Positions 51,133-61,368 of a DNA stretch of 64,000 nucleotides are shown in pieces (positions within the stretch are counted from its first letter, which is position 1; each line of letters starts with the position of its first letter). The notes beneath the pieces are model-generated. The model had not been told where the DNA came from. It did not search any database and saw nothing but the letters and a program-made list of their open reading frames with translations. A program made the position numbers and the translations under genes. Source of the stretch: Chloroflexota bacterium (GTDB lineage Bacteria > Chloroflexota > UBA11872 > VXOZ01); the NCBI GenBank assembly GCA_963663275.1, contig OY760183.1, positions 2,496,001 to 2,560,000 on the forward strand, given 5' to 3'.

Positions 51133-51382
51133 AGTTTCTCCTCATTGTCAATCCGCACCCACAGGGGTGTATCCACAATACGCGAGCGCCACCCATGGCT
51201 CGCACGAGCCGCTCCAACCGCCCTCACGCGCATCCTACCTGTAGCATTTACTGCCGGGTAGGAGTGCGCTGAAACGCAAGGAAACCATTTGACGGCTCGT
51301 AGTGCCCATTGTAAGTGAAGCCTCAAATCCTGTCTAGCCTTTTAGGAGGATTAGACTGGTTGTCGAACGTCGTCTTGGGTGT

Positions 51383-52423
51383 CTAATAAGGCGCGTGATC
51401 GCCGCCGAGCCAGCGGTACGGGCGCGGGTAGAGCGTGAGCGAGCGGTCTTCCAGCGGCAGTGCCAGGGGGACGGAACCCCACAGGGACGAGTACTTGGCG
51501 GCGATGGCGGCTTCGAGCGACTGGCGCAGGTCGTGTCCCGACACGGCCATTGCCGCGCCATGCTCGACGGCGGCGATGAACGACAGGATCGAGCTTGCCA
51601 GGTAGCCGTATTGCGGCCAGGCGAACGGCGTGAACGCCCGCTCGGACTTGACGCGCGCGCCGTTGGCGTCAAAGCCCTGGTAGATGTCCATTTCGTCGCC
51701 CCAGTCCCAGCGCAGCAGCGCGTCGTCCGTCCAGACGTCAACGCCGCGTGAGGGCGTCGGCTCCCCAAAGACGGGCACGTCGAAACCGGCGCTCATAGTG
51801 AAGCGGCCGTTGATGATGAGGCCGGTGTCCTCGTCCGCTTCCAGGGCTGCCCGCGGCTTCCCCCACGCCACCACCTCGGTAATCTCGGCCTGAGTGAGCA
51901 ACCTGAGCACGGCGACGTGCTGGCAGCCGCCGCCGGATATCTCGCCGCCCCAGCCATGCACCGACGCGCCTCGCACCGCGCCAAGATCGCCGCGCCGCAG
52001 CCAACCCGCGGCCTCCTGCACGTCGGCGCGCGCGCATTGCAGGTTGCCGCCGTGGAAGACGACGCCGCGCTCCTGGCAGGTGTCGATCATCGCGTCCACG
52101 TCGGCGAGCCGCGCGCCAATAGGCTTTTCGCTGGAGACGCCCCGCACCCCCGCCTGCGCCGAGGCAATCACCGCGTCCTTGATGAACTTGCCGGGCAGAA
52201 CGGTGACGGCAAGATCGGGAACCTCGCCCATCTGCTGGTACATCTCCTCGGCGTCCTTGTAGAGCCTCTTGACGCCGAACCGCTCCCCTACGGCTTGCCG
52301 CCTCTCGTCGTTGTACTCGGCAATGGCGACGATCTCAGTATTGTCAAGCACGCTATAGAACTTAGCGTACTCTTGCCCCATCCGACCGCAGCCAATGAGC
52401 GCCACCCTGAGCTTTGCTTCCAC
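51383..52423 (-). CDS. Gfo/Idh/MocA family oxidoreductase
   Basis: VALIGCGRMG, SEKPI; AAGGAG RBS favours GTG at 52423. Confidence 0.85.
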   Translation of the reverse strand: MEAKLRVALIGCGRMGQEYAKFYSVLDNTEIVAIAEYNDERRQAVGERFGVKRLYKDAEEMYQQMGEVPDLAVTVLPGKFIKDAVIASAQAGVRGVSSEKPIGARLADVDAMIDTCQERGVVFHGGNLQCARADVQEAAGWLRRGDLGAVRGASVHGWGGEISGGGCQHVAVLRLLTQAEITEVVAWGKPRAALEADEDTGLIINGRFTMSAGFDVPVFGEPTPSRGVDVWTDDALLRWDWGDEMDIYQGFDANGARVKSERAFTPFAWPQYGYLASSILSFIAAVEHGAAMAVSGHDLRQSLEAAIAAKYSSLWGSVPLALPLEDRSLTLYPRPYRWLGGDHAPY

Positions 52424-52786
52424 CAGTACTCCTTTCATTCGCCCTCAACGCTGTCCACTGTGAAGAATTGATCCTCGATTACGTTCCGCAGGTCTGCTAC
52501 AGTCCGAGTCATACTGGCGGCAGGGAATCTGAGTATGGTCGCCTCCGCCCCCTGGCTACAGTGTTCATTTGTAGCGCCCACGTATCGAATCTCGGTGCGG
52601 CTTCCCCGATCTACCGTCGGCAACGAGCGTAGAAGCCGCCGGGTCCGCTTGTCGAATGCAATGCCTTGCAAGCCATTGTGCCGGGCGCGGATTGGGGTAG
52701 GACTAGCTCTCTGTCAATTATTGCATCGCAAACATGTTACAATTCAGTAGGTGAAGGCAATTGGCTCGTCGCAGGAAAAGAGGCTT

Positions 52787-53827
52787 ATGCAACTCCGTAA
52801 ACTATCCAGCGGGCTGAGGGCCCAATTCCGTGGGACGGACGTCCACAGCCGCGTGAATCGCTTCGATGGATGGCTGGACAGGGCGCGCGTTGAGGACGCC
52901 GGCCCGGCGGATTACGACCACACCGAAACCGTCAAGGAATATTACGACCTATGCGGCGAGATCATGGAGTTCGGTTGGGGTGAATCCCTCCACTTTGCGC
53001 CGCTGTCGCCCCAGGAGAGCCTCGAGGAATCCAAGATCCGTCACCAGCGGCTGATGATCGCCAAGTTGGAGTTGCGCGAGGGCATGACGGTGATCGACGT
53101 CGGTTGCGGGGTCGGCGGCCCGCTGCGCCGCGTCGTCCGGGAGTCCGGTGTCAGGGTAGTCGGGGTCAATAGTAACGAAATCCAGTTGGAGAAGGCAAAG
53201 TCTTGGGACGCCGCGGCGGGACTCGACCACATGACCGGCTACCTCGCGTGCAGTTTCATGGACATGGACGCCATCGCGAACGACACATTTGACCGGGGAT
53301 ACGCGATTGAATCGACGTGCCACGCGCCGGATAAGGCGGGCGCGTTCGCCGAGATCTACCGCGTGCTGAAACCCGGGGCCCTCTTCTGGGGCCAGGAAAT
53401 GTGCATGACGAGCACGTTCGATCCCGGTGACGAGCGGCACCGGGCTCTCAAGGAAGAACTGATGCACGGCATCGCGCTCAAGGATATAGCGACGATTGAC
53501 GAGGTGGACCGTGACCTCGAAACGGCGGGATTTGAGGTCATCGAGGGGCTGGACTTGGCCGTTGGGGAGAACGGTCCAACCACGCCGTGGTATCTGCCCA
53601 TGGAAACCCGGCACGGAAAGCTCGGCAACGCCTTTGTCAGAATGCCGCTGGGCCGCAAGGCGGTTTTCGGGGCATCCAGGCTGGCCGAGGTTCTGGGGGT
53701 GTTCCCGGCGGGCTCAGCCCGTGTCGTCAATCTGCTGGACAATACTGCCAACGCCTACGTCGCCGGCGGCAAGACCGGGATCTTTACGCCGTTGTATTGC
53801 TTCCTGGCTCGTAAACCGTCTTCGTAG
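52787..53827 (+). CDS. Sterol C-24 methyltransferase-like SAM-dependent methyltransferase (ERG6/SMT1 family)
   Basis: YYDL..EIMEFGWGESLHFAP (region I), IDVGCGVGGPLR (II), YAIESTCHAP (III), YRVLKPG (IV), PWYLP, C-terminal GGKTGIFTPLYCFLARKP. Confidence 0.85.
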   Translation: MQLRKLSSGLRAQFRGTDVHSRVNRFDGWLDRARVEDAGPADYDHTETVKEYYDLCGEIMEFGWGESLHFAPLSPQESLEESKIRHQRLMIAKLELREGMTVIDVGCGVGGPLRRVVRESGVRVVGVNSNEIQLEKAKSWDAAAGLDHMTGYLACSFMDMDAIANDTFDRGYAIESTCHAPDKAGAFAEIYRVLKPGALFWGQEMCMTSTFDPGDERHRALKEELMHGIALKDIATIDEVDRDLETAGFEVIEGLDLAVGENGPTTPWYLPMETRHGKLGNAFVRMPLGRKAVFGASRLAEVLGVFPAGSARVVNLLDNTANAYVAGGKTGIFTPLYCFLARKPSS

Positions 53828-53965
53828 GTCGCTTGGGTTTCCACCCTGGCAATCGGCCCAAAGTCAAAGCCGCCGTCCTCGAGCAGGTCATTCAACGCCT
53901 GCATTGATGAAGGTGATTTGTTCAGGATGTAGCCGAGCGCATCTGTGGCAGCATTCCGCTCAAGC
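53815..53965 (-). pseudogene. Truncated N-terminal remnant of a probable PD-(D/E)XK nuclease-like gene
   Basis: Minus frame reads NAATDALGYILNKSPSSMQALNDLLEDGGFDFGPIARVETQATYEDG, then runs into the 3' end of the methyltransferase; family assignment from recall only. Confidence 0.4.
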
Positions 53966-54140
53966 CGACCGTGACCCGGTGCGTGCGCTGGCGCGCGAAG
54001 GGATGTCCGGAGTTGCTCTCGACCGTGCGCGCTTCTGTGAGATGCTACCACAGGGCGATAGTCCGGCGGCTCAAAGATCAGATTCCCGAAACTGCCACCA
54101 GTCAGAACTCCGGCGTGAGGGTTTTCGACTGTATCCAATT

Positions 54141-54216
54141 TGGTGGACCCGATCGGGGTCGAACCGACGACCTCGTGAATGCCATTCACGCGCTCTCCCA
54201 ACTGAGCTACGGGCCC
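54141..54216 (-). tRNA. tRNA-Ala (GGC)
   Basis: GGGCCCGTAGCTCAGTTGGGAGAGCGCGTGAATGGCATTCACGAGGTCGTCGGTTCGACCCCGATCGGGTCCACCA; cloverleaf, G3:U70, encoded CCA. Confidence 0.97.
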
Positions 54217-54229
54217 GCATTCGCCTTTT

Positions 54230-54258
54230 ATTGTAGCATTGTACGGGAGTCGCGTAAA
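54230..54258 (-). promoter_or_regulatory. Putative sigma70 promoter of tRNA-Ala
   Basis: TTTACG, 17 bp, TACAAT with extended TG. Confidence 0.6.
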
Positions 54259-54306
54259 CGCGCCGCCCAGCAGGCCGAGAGGCGAGCGGCAAAAAGGAGT
54301 TGTGCG

Positions 54307-55359
54307 ATGGCTGCCTATCGTGTTGGTATCGTCGGCTGCACCGGCATCGCCAGTGCGCCGGCGCGAGCGTTGTCCCATCCCATCCTCGGAACGGTTGCGC
54401 CGCATTCCCACGCGGCGGGCTACGACCAGGTACCCGCCACCGAAGTCGTAGCCGTGTGCGACCTGGTGCCGGAGCGCACCCAGGATTTCGTCGCCAAGTG
54501 GGAGCAGCGGTGGCCGGGAATTACCCAGTACCAGGACTACCGGGAAATGCTCGCACGCGAGAATCTGGACATCGTCAGCGTGGTGACGTCCGACCACCGC
54601 CACGCAGACATCACCGTGGACGCGGCCGAGGCCGGCGCGCGGGCGATCTTTTGCGAAAAGCCCCTGGCCACGTCGCTCGCCGACGCCGACCGCATGATTG
54701 CGGCCATCGAGAAGCGCGGCGTTTTCCTCTCCGTGGATCATAGCCGCCGCTGGCAACCTCAGTGGTATGAAGCCCGCGCGGCGATTCGCAACGGCGCGAT
54801 TGGCCCGGTGCGCACGGTGGTCGGGAGACTCGGCGGGGCGCGCGCCATGCTCTTTCGCAACGGCACGCACCTGATGGACGCGATCTGCTTCTTTGCCGAT
54901 GGCGAACCGGAGTGGCTGACGGCGCGCTATGACGACAATTTCGCCGGTTACGGCCCGCGCTACGCGGGTGACGGCGGGCACGACCCAAGCACCGACCCCG
55001 GCGCGTGCGTCTTTCTCCTGTTCTCCAACGGCGTGCGCGCGTTCTACATCGGCTCGCAGAACGTCGCCACCGGCTTTGAGATTGAGGTGACAGGCGAGAA
55101 AGGCCGGATACGGTTGGGCAACGCCGTCGCCGCCGAAATCGAAACCGCCGACGGCGTGCAGCCGCTGCCGGAGGCGTCTGCCACGCTCTCCGGCAGCGCC
55201 GCCGCCATCGAGGAACTGATTGCTTTGGTTGAGGGCCGGGGCACACTGCCCCAGATTTCGGGTCCCTACGACGGCAGGCGAGTCGTGGAGGTGCTCATAG
55301 GCGCGGTGCAGTCCGCCGCCGACGGCGGCGCGCCGCGCACCTTTCCCGTGCGGGAGTAA
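54307..55359 (+). CDS. Gfo/Idh/MocA family oxidoreductase
   Basis: VGIVGCTGIA, IFCEKPLA, VDHSRRW, NGTHLMD; AGGAG RBS. Confidence 0.9.
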   Translation: MAAYRVGIVGCTGIASAPARALSHPILGTVAPHSHAAGYDQVPATEVVAVCDLVPERTQDFVAKWEQRWPGITQYQDYREMLARENLDIVSVVTSDHRHADITVDAAEAGARAIFCEKPLATSLADADRMIAAIEKRGVFLSVDHSRRWQPQWYEARAAIRNGAIGPVRTVVGRLGGARAMLFRNGTHLMDAICFFADGEPEWLTARYDDNFAGYGPRYAGDGGHDPSTDPGACVFLLFSNGVRAFYIGSQNVATGFEIEVTGEKGRIRLGNAVAAEIETADGVQPLPEASATLSGSAAAIEELIALVEGRGTLPQISGPYDGRRVVEVLIGAVQSAADGGAPRTFPVRE

Positions 55360-55508
55360 CTGTCCCCACATGAGGGCCGGGCCGGCTGGCGCAAGCGGCC
55401 CGGCCCGGCATCTTTGACCTGACCCGAGAGCCGCCGTACAATGCAGAACGTGTATTCACCCATTGGCACAGCCAACCATGCCCGCAGCGCATTGAAGAAA
55501 GGAACGCC

Positions 55509-55979
55509 ATGACACCGGAAGAGAAACTCAAGGAACTGGGATTTGAACTGCAAACGCCGAACGCGCCCATCGCCAATTACGTGCCTTGGGTGCGCACGGG
55601 CAATCTAATCTACCTGTCCGGCCAGGGCCCCAACCGCGCCGGCGACGCGGACGCCGACGTATACGACGGCAAGGTAGGGGAACGCTACGGCATCGACGAA
55701 GGCTACAAGGCCGCCCAACAAACGGCGTTCAACCTGCTCTGCGCCCTCAAGGACGCCGCCGGCGACCTGAGCAACGTCAAGCGCATCGTGAAGGTGCTGG
55801 GCATGGTGAACAGCACGCCGGACTTCGCCGACCAGCCGAAGGTCATCAACGGCTGCTCCGACCTGCTGGTGGAGGTCTTTGGTGAAAAGGGCAAGCACGC
55901 CCGCTCCGCCGTGGGCATGGGCGCGCTGCCGAATAACATTCCGGTGGAAATCGAGCTTATCGCCGAGGTGGAGGCGTAG
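55509..55979 (+). CDS. RidA (YjgF/YER057c) family protein
   Basis: ANYVP, YLSGQG, INGCSDLL, HARSAVG, PVEIE. Confidence 0.9.
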   Translation: MTPEEKLKELGFELQTPNAPIANYVPWVRTGNLIYLSGQGPNRAGDADADVYDGKVGERYGIDEGYKAAQQTAFNLLCALKDAAGDLSNVKRIVKVLGMVNSTPDFADQPKVINGCSDLLVEVFGEKGKHARSAVGMGALPNNIPVEIELIAEVEA

Positions 55980-56052
55980 GGGGCATTTGTCCCGGCGGTG
56001 GGCGCCTCTACCAGATCGACCCGTCCCGCTCCCGTACAATACCCAGGCGGGG

Positions 56053-56577
56053 TCAACTTCCCTCGCCGGAGCGGGCTTCTTCAGCGCCGTGCGGCGCGGC
56101 GCTGTCGTAGATCGTGCCGAGCACGCCGTTGATGAAGCGGGGCGAGCTGTCCGAGGCGTAGAGCTTGGCGAGCTCTATCGCCTCGTTGATGACGACTTTG
56201 GGGGGATTTTCCGGCACGAAGAGCAACTCATACACCGCCAGCCGCATGATGGCTTTATCCACCAGGGCCATCTGGCCCATGGGCCACTGCGGCGCGGCCT
56301 GCTGAATCCGTTCGTCGATTAAATCCAGGTGGGCTTGGACGCCGTCCACAAGCTGCTGTAGGAACTCCCGGGCTTCAGGCTTCACCGCCGCCATGCGGGT
56401 CACCTGCTCCAGCACGGAGGCCGGCGCCGCGCCGGTAGCGTCCAGGGCAAAGAGCGCCTGCATGGCGGCCACACGCGCGCGCCGCCGGGGATGAATGCGC
56501 CTGCCGGCGGCCCGGTCGGAACCGGGCGTCATCTCTTGCTCCCCTTCAGACGGCGTCGCACTCATGGCCTCAGGCAT
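56053..56577 (-). CDS. nusB: Transcription antitermination factor NusB
   Basis: [40 protein letters not shown]; start uncertain. Confidence 0.94.
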   Translation of the reverse strand: MPEAMSATPSEGEQEMTPGSDRAAGRRIHPRRRARVAAMQALFALDATGAAPASVLEQVTRMAAVKPEAREFLQQLVDGVQAHLDLIDERIQQAAPQWPMGQMALVDKAIMRLAVYELLFVPENPPKVVINEAIELAKLYASDSSPRFINGVLGTIYDSAAPHGAEEARSGEGS

Positions 56578-56591
56578 TCGCGCCGCCCCTC

Positions 56592-57926
56592 TCAGACGAT
56601 GTTGAGCAGGTTTGCATCGAAACTGGCCTCACGAAAGCCCTGCGCACGCAGGACTCTGCGGTGGAAGTCGAGATTCGTCTTCACACCCTCGATCACGCAC
56701 TCGTCGAGCGCCCGCAGCGCGCGCTCGATCGCCTCGGCGCGGCTGGGCGCCCACGCGATGAGCTTGGCAATGAGGGAATCGTAGTGCGGTGGAATGGTGT
56801 ATCCGCCGTAGAGGTGGGAATCGATGCGGATGCCCGGCCCGCCCGGTGCCAGGAAGGTCGTCACCTCGCCGCTCTCCGGCCGGAAGTCGTGCTCCGGGTC
56901 TTCAGACGTAATGCGGCACTCGATCGCGTGGCCGCGAAACTCCACGTCGGCCTGGCGAAAAGCCAGTGATTCCCCGGCCGCAATGCGGATTTGCTCTTGC
57001 ACGATGTCGATGCCCGTCGTGCTCTCCGACACGGTGTGTTCCACCTGCAAGCGGCAGTTGATTTCCATGAAGTAGAAGTTCAGCGCGGAATCGACCAGGA
57101 ACTCCACCGTGCCGGCCGACGTAAAGCCGATCGCGTCCACGCCGTGCAAGGCCGCCGCGCCAATCGCCTTGCGCACCAGAGGATCCAGCACCGGGGACGG
57201 CGACTCTTCGATGAGTTTCTGGTAGCGCCGCTGAATGGTGCAGTCGCGCTCGCCCAGTTGCACGGCGTTGCCCGCGGCATCCCGCAGAATCTGCACCTCG
57301 ATGTGGCGCGCCGGCGAGATGTACTTCTCCACGTACAGCCGCGCGTTGCCAAACGACGCCTGCGCCTCCGCCTGGGCCACCGGGAACGCGCCCGCCATCT
57401 CTTCCTCGTCGCCTACAAAGCGAATCCCGCGCCCGCCGCCGCCGCCCGCGGCTTTCAAGACCACCGGATAGCCGATCGACTCAGCCACCTCCAGCGCGTC
57501 CGCCGCGCTGCGCAGCGGCGCATCCCGGCCGGGGATTACCGGCAGTCCCGCCTTGCGCATCTCCGCCTTGGCATTGGTCTTATCGCCCATGGCGTGGATG
57601 ACGTCGGGGCTGGGACCGATGAAGGTAATGCCGTACTTATCGCAGATTTCCGCAAAGTACGTGTCTTCGGCCAGAAAGCCGATGCCGGGGTGAATCGCCT
57701 CCGCGCCGGTGATAACCGCGGCGCTAATGATGTTCGGCACGTTCAGGTAAGACTTGCTCGCCGGCGCCGGGCCGATGCAGACCGCTTCATCGGCGGCGTG
57801 CACCGGCAGAGAATCCCGGTCCGCATCGGAATAGGCCACAACCGTCGCGATGCCCATTTCGCGGCAGGCGCGTATGACCCGCAAGGCCGTTTCGCCCCGG
57901 TTGGCAATCAGGATTTTTTGGAACAC
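56592..57926 (-). CDS. accC: Acetyl-CoA carboxylase biotin carboxylase subunit
   Basis: [46 protein letters not shown]. Confidence 0.95.
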   Translation of the reverse strand: MFQKILIANRGETALRVIRACREMGIATVVAYSDADRDSLPVHAADEAVCIGPAPASKSYLNVPNIISAAVITGAEAIHPGIGFLAEDTYFAEICDKYGITFIGPSPDVIHAMGDKTNAKAEMRKAGLPVIPGRDAPLRSAADALEVAESIGYPVVLKAAGGGGGRGIRFVGDEEEMAGAFPVAQAEAQASFGNARLYVEKYISPARHIEVQILRDAAGNAVQLGERDCTIQRRYQKLIEESPSPVLDPLVRKAIGAAALHGVDAIGFTSAGTVEFLVDSALNFYFMEINCRLQVEHTVSESTTGIDIVQEQIRIAAGESLAFRQADVEFRGHAIECRITSEDPEHDFRPESGEVTTFLAPGGPGIRIDSHLYGGYTIPPHYDSLIAKLIAWAPSRAEAIERALRALDECVIEGVKTNLDFHRRVLRAQGFREASFDANLLNIV

Positions 57927-57974
57927 TTAACTTTACCTACGTGTGGTGTGTGCTTTCTTGCTTCGTGAAACCGC

Positions 57975-57999
57975 GCTTCGACAGGCTCAGCGCGAACGG
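57975..57999. repeat. Dispersed repeat GCTTCGACAGGCTCAGCGCGAACGG (inverted copy of the 29901 family)
   Basis: Direct reading. Confidence 0.85.
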
Positions 58000-58002
58000 A
58001 TT

Positions 58003-58170
58003 GCGGACGTACGCTTGAAACCGGAGCACGACCTGGTACCGGAGTACGACCTGATCTCGGTGTACGGCCTGTTTCCGGTGTGCAACGTGGTACCGGATTA
58101 CCACTCAATGCCGGACTTCGGCTTGATGTCAGACTTCGGCTTGAATTCGGCTGACGGTTGGATGCCAGAC
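58003..58170. repeat. Degenerate tandem array of ~9 units of 18 bp (CCGGAGTACGRCYTGRTR-like)
   Basis: ccggagcacgacctggta / ccggagtacgacctgatc / tcggtgtacggcctgttt / ... / ccggacttcggcttgatg / tcagacttcggcttgaat. Confidence 0.78.
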
Positions 58171-58377
58171 ACGCTAGGATGGTGAACGCATGAAGGTTGG
58201 TTGGCGGAACGTGCATGGTGTGCACAAATCTGTCGGCGGATGCAAGGGCGCCGACCAAATTGCCAGCAATAGAAAAGCAGGGCAGCGTATAAACGAAGAA
58301 CTCTTGGTGCGTGGAAGTGTGACGGCAGACTCAAGCGCGCGGGCGGAAACAGCAAATAAAGCAGCAAGGCGTTCGCG

Positions 58378-59118
58378 CTAATACATCATGATACCACCAT
58401 CGACAATCAGAATCTGGCCGGTAATGTACGAGGAATCCTCGGAAGCCAGGAAAGACACCGCTGACGCCAGTTCACGCGGTTCACCGTATCTGCCCAGGGG
58501 CACGATCTTCAGGATAGTTTCCACCATGTCGGCGGGGATCGAGTCCGTCATAGGGCCGCCAAAGTAGCCCGGGGCCACGCAATTGGCGGTCACGTTGCGC
58601 GACGCCACCTCGCGCGCCAGCGAGCGGGTGAAGCCCCACAGACCGGCTTTCGAGGCCGAGTAATTCGCCTGGCCCGGCGCGCCCATGTAGCCGCCAATCG
58701 ACGAAACGTTGATAATGCGCCCGTAGCGCGCCCGCAGCATGTTGCGCACAACCGCCTTGCTGCACAGGAAGGCCGACTTGAGGTTCGTATCCACCACCGC
58801 GTCCCAGTCCGCTTCCGACATGCGCACGAAGAGCGTATCCCGCGTAATGCCGGCGTTATTTACCAGGATGTCGATCTTCTTGTGCTCGTCGTGAATGCTC
58901 CGCACCATCGCTTCGATCTGGGAAGCGTCCGTAACGTCGGCCTGGAGCGCGCCGGCGCTGCCGCCCTGCGCGGTGATTTCCGCCACCACCCGCTCAGCCG
59001 CCTCCGCGCCGCTGTGGTAATGCACAACCACGTGCGCGCCCTCAGCCGCCAGCCGCGCGCAAATGGCGGCGCCCAAGTGCCCGGAACCCCCGGTAACCAG
59101 CGCAATCCGCCCTTCCAT
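58378..59118 (-). CDS. fabG: 3-oxoacyl-ACP reductase
   Basis: NNAGITRD, GQANYSASKAG, AREVASRNVT, YITGQ; next to fabD. Confidence 0.9.
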   Translation of the reverse strand: MEGRIALVTGGSGHLGAAICARLAAEGAHVVVHYHSGAEAAERVVAEITAQGGSAGALQADVTDASQIEAMVRSIHDEHKKIDILVNNAGITRDTLFVRMSEADWDAVVDTNLKSAFLCSKAVVRNMLRARYGRIINVSSIGGYMGAPGQANYSASKAGLWGFTRSLAREVASRNVTANCVAPGYFGGPMTDSIPADMVETILKIVPLGRYGEPRELASAVSFLASEDSSYITGQILIVDGGIMMY

Positions 59119-59330
59119 AGGTCTTCCTTTTCACACGTGCACGCGGTTCTACCCCAGCGCCTGCCGCTCTCAACCGCGCCGGTGGGACAGCCACCCGTTC
59201 CGGCGGCCCGTCGCGGGATTCCTGAGAACGGTACATGCAATCTTCTTGAATGCCGCCATTTACGAAATAGTAGCATACGGAGCGCAACGGGGGTCAGACG
59301 AACCTGCCCGGCGCGACGCGACGCCCTTCT

Positions 59331-60305
59331 CTAGGGAAACGCCTCGGCCGCTTGCCGCGCTTTTTCATGCGTGTCAACGGACACCGCCGTCGCGCGGTTG
59401 TTGATGCCGCCGATCATCTTGGTGAGCACGCCGCCGGGTCCAAATTCGAAGATCGGCGCCAGGTTGCGGCGCAGCACGATGTCGAGGGTAGCGGCCCAGC
59501 GCACCGGCGAGGTGAGTTGCACGGTCAGTTCGTGCCGGATGGCGTCTACCGTGGTAATGAAGTTGGCCGTGGTATTCGCCACCACCGGCACGCGCGGCGG
59601 CGCCAACGGCGCGGCCTCGACCGCCGCGCGCCACTCGTCCAGCGCCGGCGCCATGGCCGCCGTATGAAACGCCCCGCTTACGCGCAAAGGCACGACCCGC
59701 CGCGCGCCGCGTTCCTTGAGCAAAGATATCGCCCGCGCCAGACCCGCGCGGTCGCCGGCAATGACAACCTGCTGCGGCGTATTGAAGGTAGCGATGCTGA
59801 CGATGCTGCCGGCATCCGCGCCGCGCGCCCGGGCACAGAGCTGCATGACCACCTGGGGCGAGACGCCGATCACCGCCGCCATGCCCCCGGGCGCTTCGGC
59901 GACGGCGCGCTGCATGAGCGCGCCCCGCGTTTGCACCAGGCGCAGCCCATCTTCCAACGAGAGCGACCCGGCGGCGTACAGGGCGGTTAGCTCGCCAATG
60001 CTGTGACCGGCAACGAGTGCCGGCCGCTGCGCCTCGGGCAAGTCCGCCGCCGATTCCGCGCCGCACGCTTCCAGATACGCGGCCAGACACGCGGCGCTGG
60101 CGGCAAATATCGCCGGTTGCGCGTGGCGCGTTTCCGTTAGGGTCTTCAGCGGGCCGCTAAAGCTGAGCGCCGCCACGTCGAAGTCCAGCGCGTCGTTCGC
60201 CGCGTCGTACACGCGCCGCGCGGCGGCGGAGTTTTCCGCCGCGTCCGCGCCCATGCCAATGCGCTGCACGCCTTGGCCGGGAAAGACGAACGCTCGATTT
60301 GCCAT
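59331..60305 (-). CDS. fabD: Malonyl-CoA:ACP transacylase
   Basis: FPGQG, QPAI, GHSIGE, VSGAFH. Confidence 0.93.
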   Translation of the reverse strand: MANRAFVFPGQGVQRIGMGADAAENSAAARRVYDAANDALDFDVAALSFSGPLKTLTETRHAQPAIFAASAACLAAYLEACGAESAADLPEAQRPALVAGHSIGELTALYAAGSLSLEDGLRLVQTRGALMQRAVAEAPGGMAAVIGVSPQVVMQLCARARGADAGSIVSIATFNTPQQVVIAGDRAGLARAISLLKERGARRVVPLRVSGAFHTAAMAPALDEWRAAVEAAPLAPPRVPVVANTTANFITTVDAIRHELTVQLTSPVRWAATLDIVLRRNLAPIFEFGPGGVLTKMIGGINNRATAVSVDTHEKARQAAEAFP

Positions 60306-60560
60306 ATGCTCAACTACCTAACCGCACTCGAGTCGCAGTGGAACCGGTAACCCCGCCGCGCTCCGGCCCGCCTATAGCCGTTGCGGCAGCGAAGGCCGCG
60401 CAACAAACCACCCCACACGCGCAAGTGTAAGCGTGATGCGCACAATGAAATGGCAGTCAACGGCGCGCTATTCGTCAAAGCGCCGCAAGACGGGGTCGTG
60501 AACGTACCGTAAACAGTCAAGCCAAAAGGGCGTGACGCTCTCTAGCGGCGGCGTATGCGC

Positions 60561-60752
60561 CTACGTGCCCGGCGTTTCGAGTTCCAGCACTTCCTGGCCG
60601 CGGTAGTACCCACAGAAGGAGCAGACCGTATGTGACGGCACCGGCTGGCGGCAGCGCGGACACGCCACCAGGTGCACGTTGAGATTGTTGAGATGCGAAC
60701 GTCTCTTGCCTTGCCGCGAGCGTGATATCTTCTTCTTCGGTTGAGCGCCCAT
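60561..60752 (-). CDS. rpmF: 50S ribosomal protein L32 (Zn-binding form)
   Basis: PKKKISRSR, CPRC...HTVCSFCGYYRG. Confidence 0.95.
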   Translation of the reverse strand: MGAQPKKKISRSRQGKRRSHLNNLNVHLVACPRCRQPVPSHTVCSFCGYYRGQEVLELETPGT

Positions 60753-60802
60753 AGTATCCTCTCAGCTAATCGTAGTCATGTACAGAGCGTTAGTCTCTTC
60801 GT

Positions 60803-61360
60803 CTAAGCCGGACGGTCGTGGCGGACGCGCTCCAGCATCTCCTGAATGGGAGCAAATCGCGGATCCACCGCCTCTTCCACGGCGCAATCGCAGACGCTTG
60901 TATTGCGGTCGACGCCGCAGCCCGGACAGAGGCCCCGGCATTCGCGCCGGCAGCGGGGCATGAGCGGTTGGTTGACCTCGATGTACTGCCGCACGGCCTC
61001 GCTCAGATCGAAACGGTCCACGTTCTCGATAAGGTACTCTTCGTCTATGTCGTCGTACTCCAGGCGCAGGGGACTGCCCGTCGCCAGGTCGAAGCGCGGG
61101 AAGAACATCTCGTCGAAGCGCATGTGCAGGTTGTGATCGTACGCGCCCAGGCAGCGGCAACACGATAGTTCAAGGGTTATCGATAAGTCGCTCCTCACCA
61201 CAATGCCCTTACCGGCACGGACCAGCTCGATCACTCCCGCCAGTGGAGCAACCGGCGTTACGTCCTCCCAACCCGGATAAAAGCCATCAACCACGACCCG
61301 GCGGGAAGAGCCCGTCGCTTCCTGCAGCAGTCCGGCCACGTTGATGGTCAAGCGTTCCAT
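60803..61360 (-). CDS. yceD: DUF177/YceD family protein
   Basis: CCRCL, CRRECRGLCPGCG, DPRF; directly upstream of rpmF. Confidence 0.9.
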   Translation of the reverse strand: MERLTINVAGLLQEATGSSRRVVVDGFYPGWEDVTPVAPLAGVIELVRAGKGIVVRSDLSITLELSCCRCLGAYDHNLHMRFDEMFFPRFDLATGSPLRLEYDDIDEEYLIENVDRFDLSEAVRQYIEVNQPLMPRCRRECRGLCPGCGVDRNTSVCDCAVEEAVDPRFAPIQEMLERVRHDRPA

Positions 61361-61368
61361 TAGTTATT

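Noticed and set aside
53755-55371. 538-aa minus-strand ORF
   Set aside because: Runs antisense to a Gfo gene and through the tRNA; only a segment near its C-terminus looks like a gene remnant.
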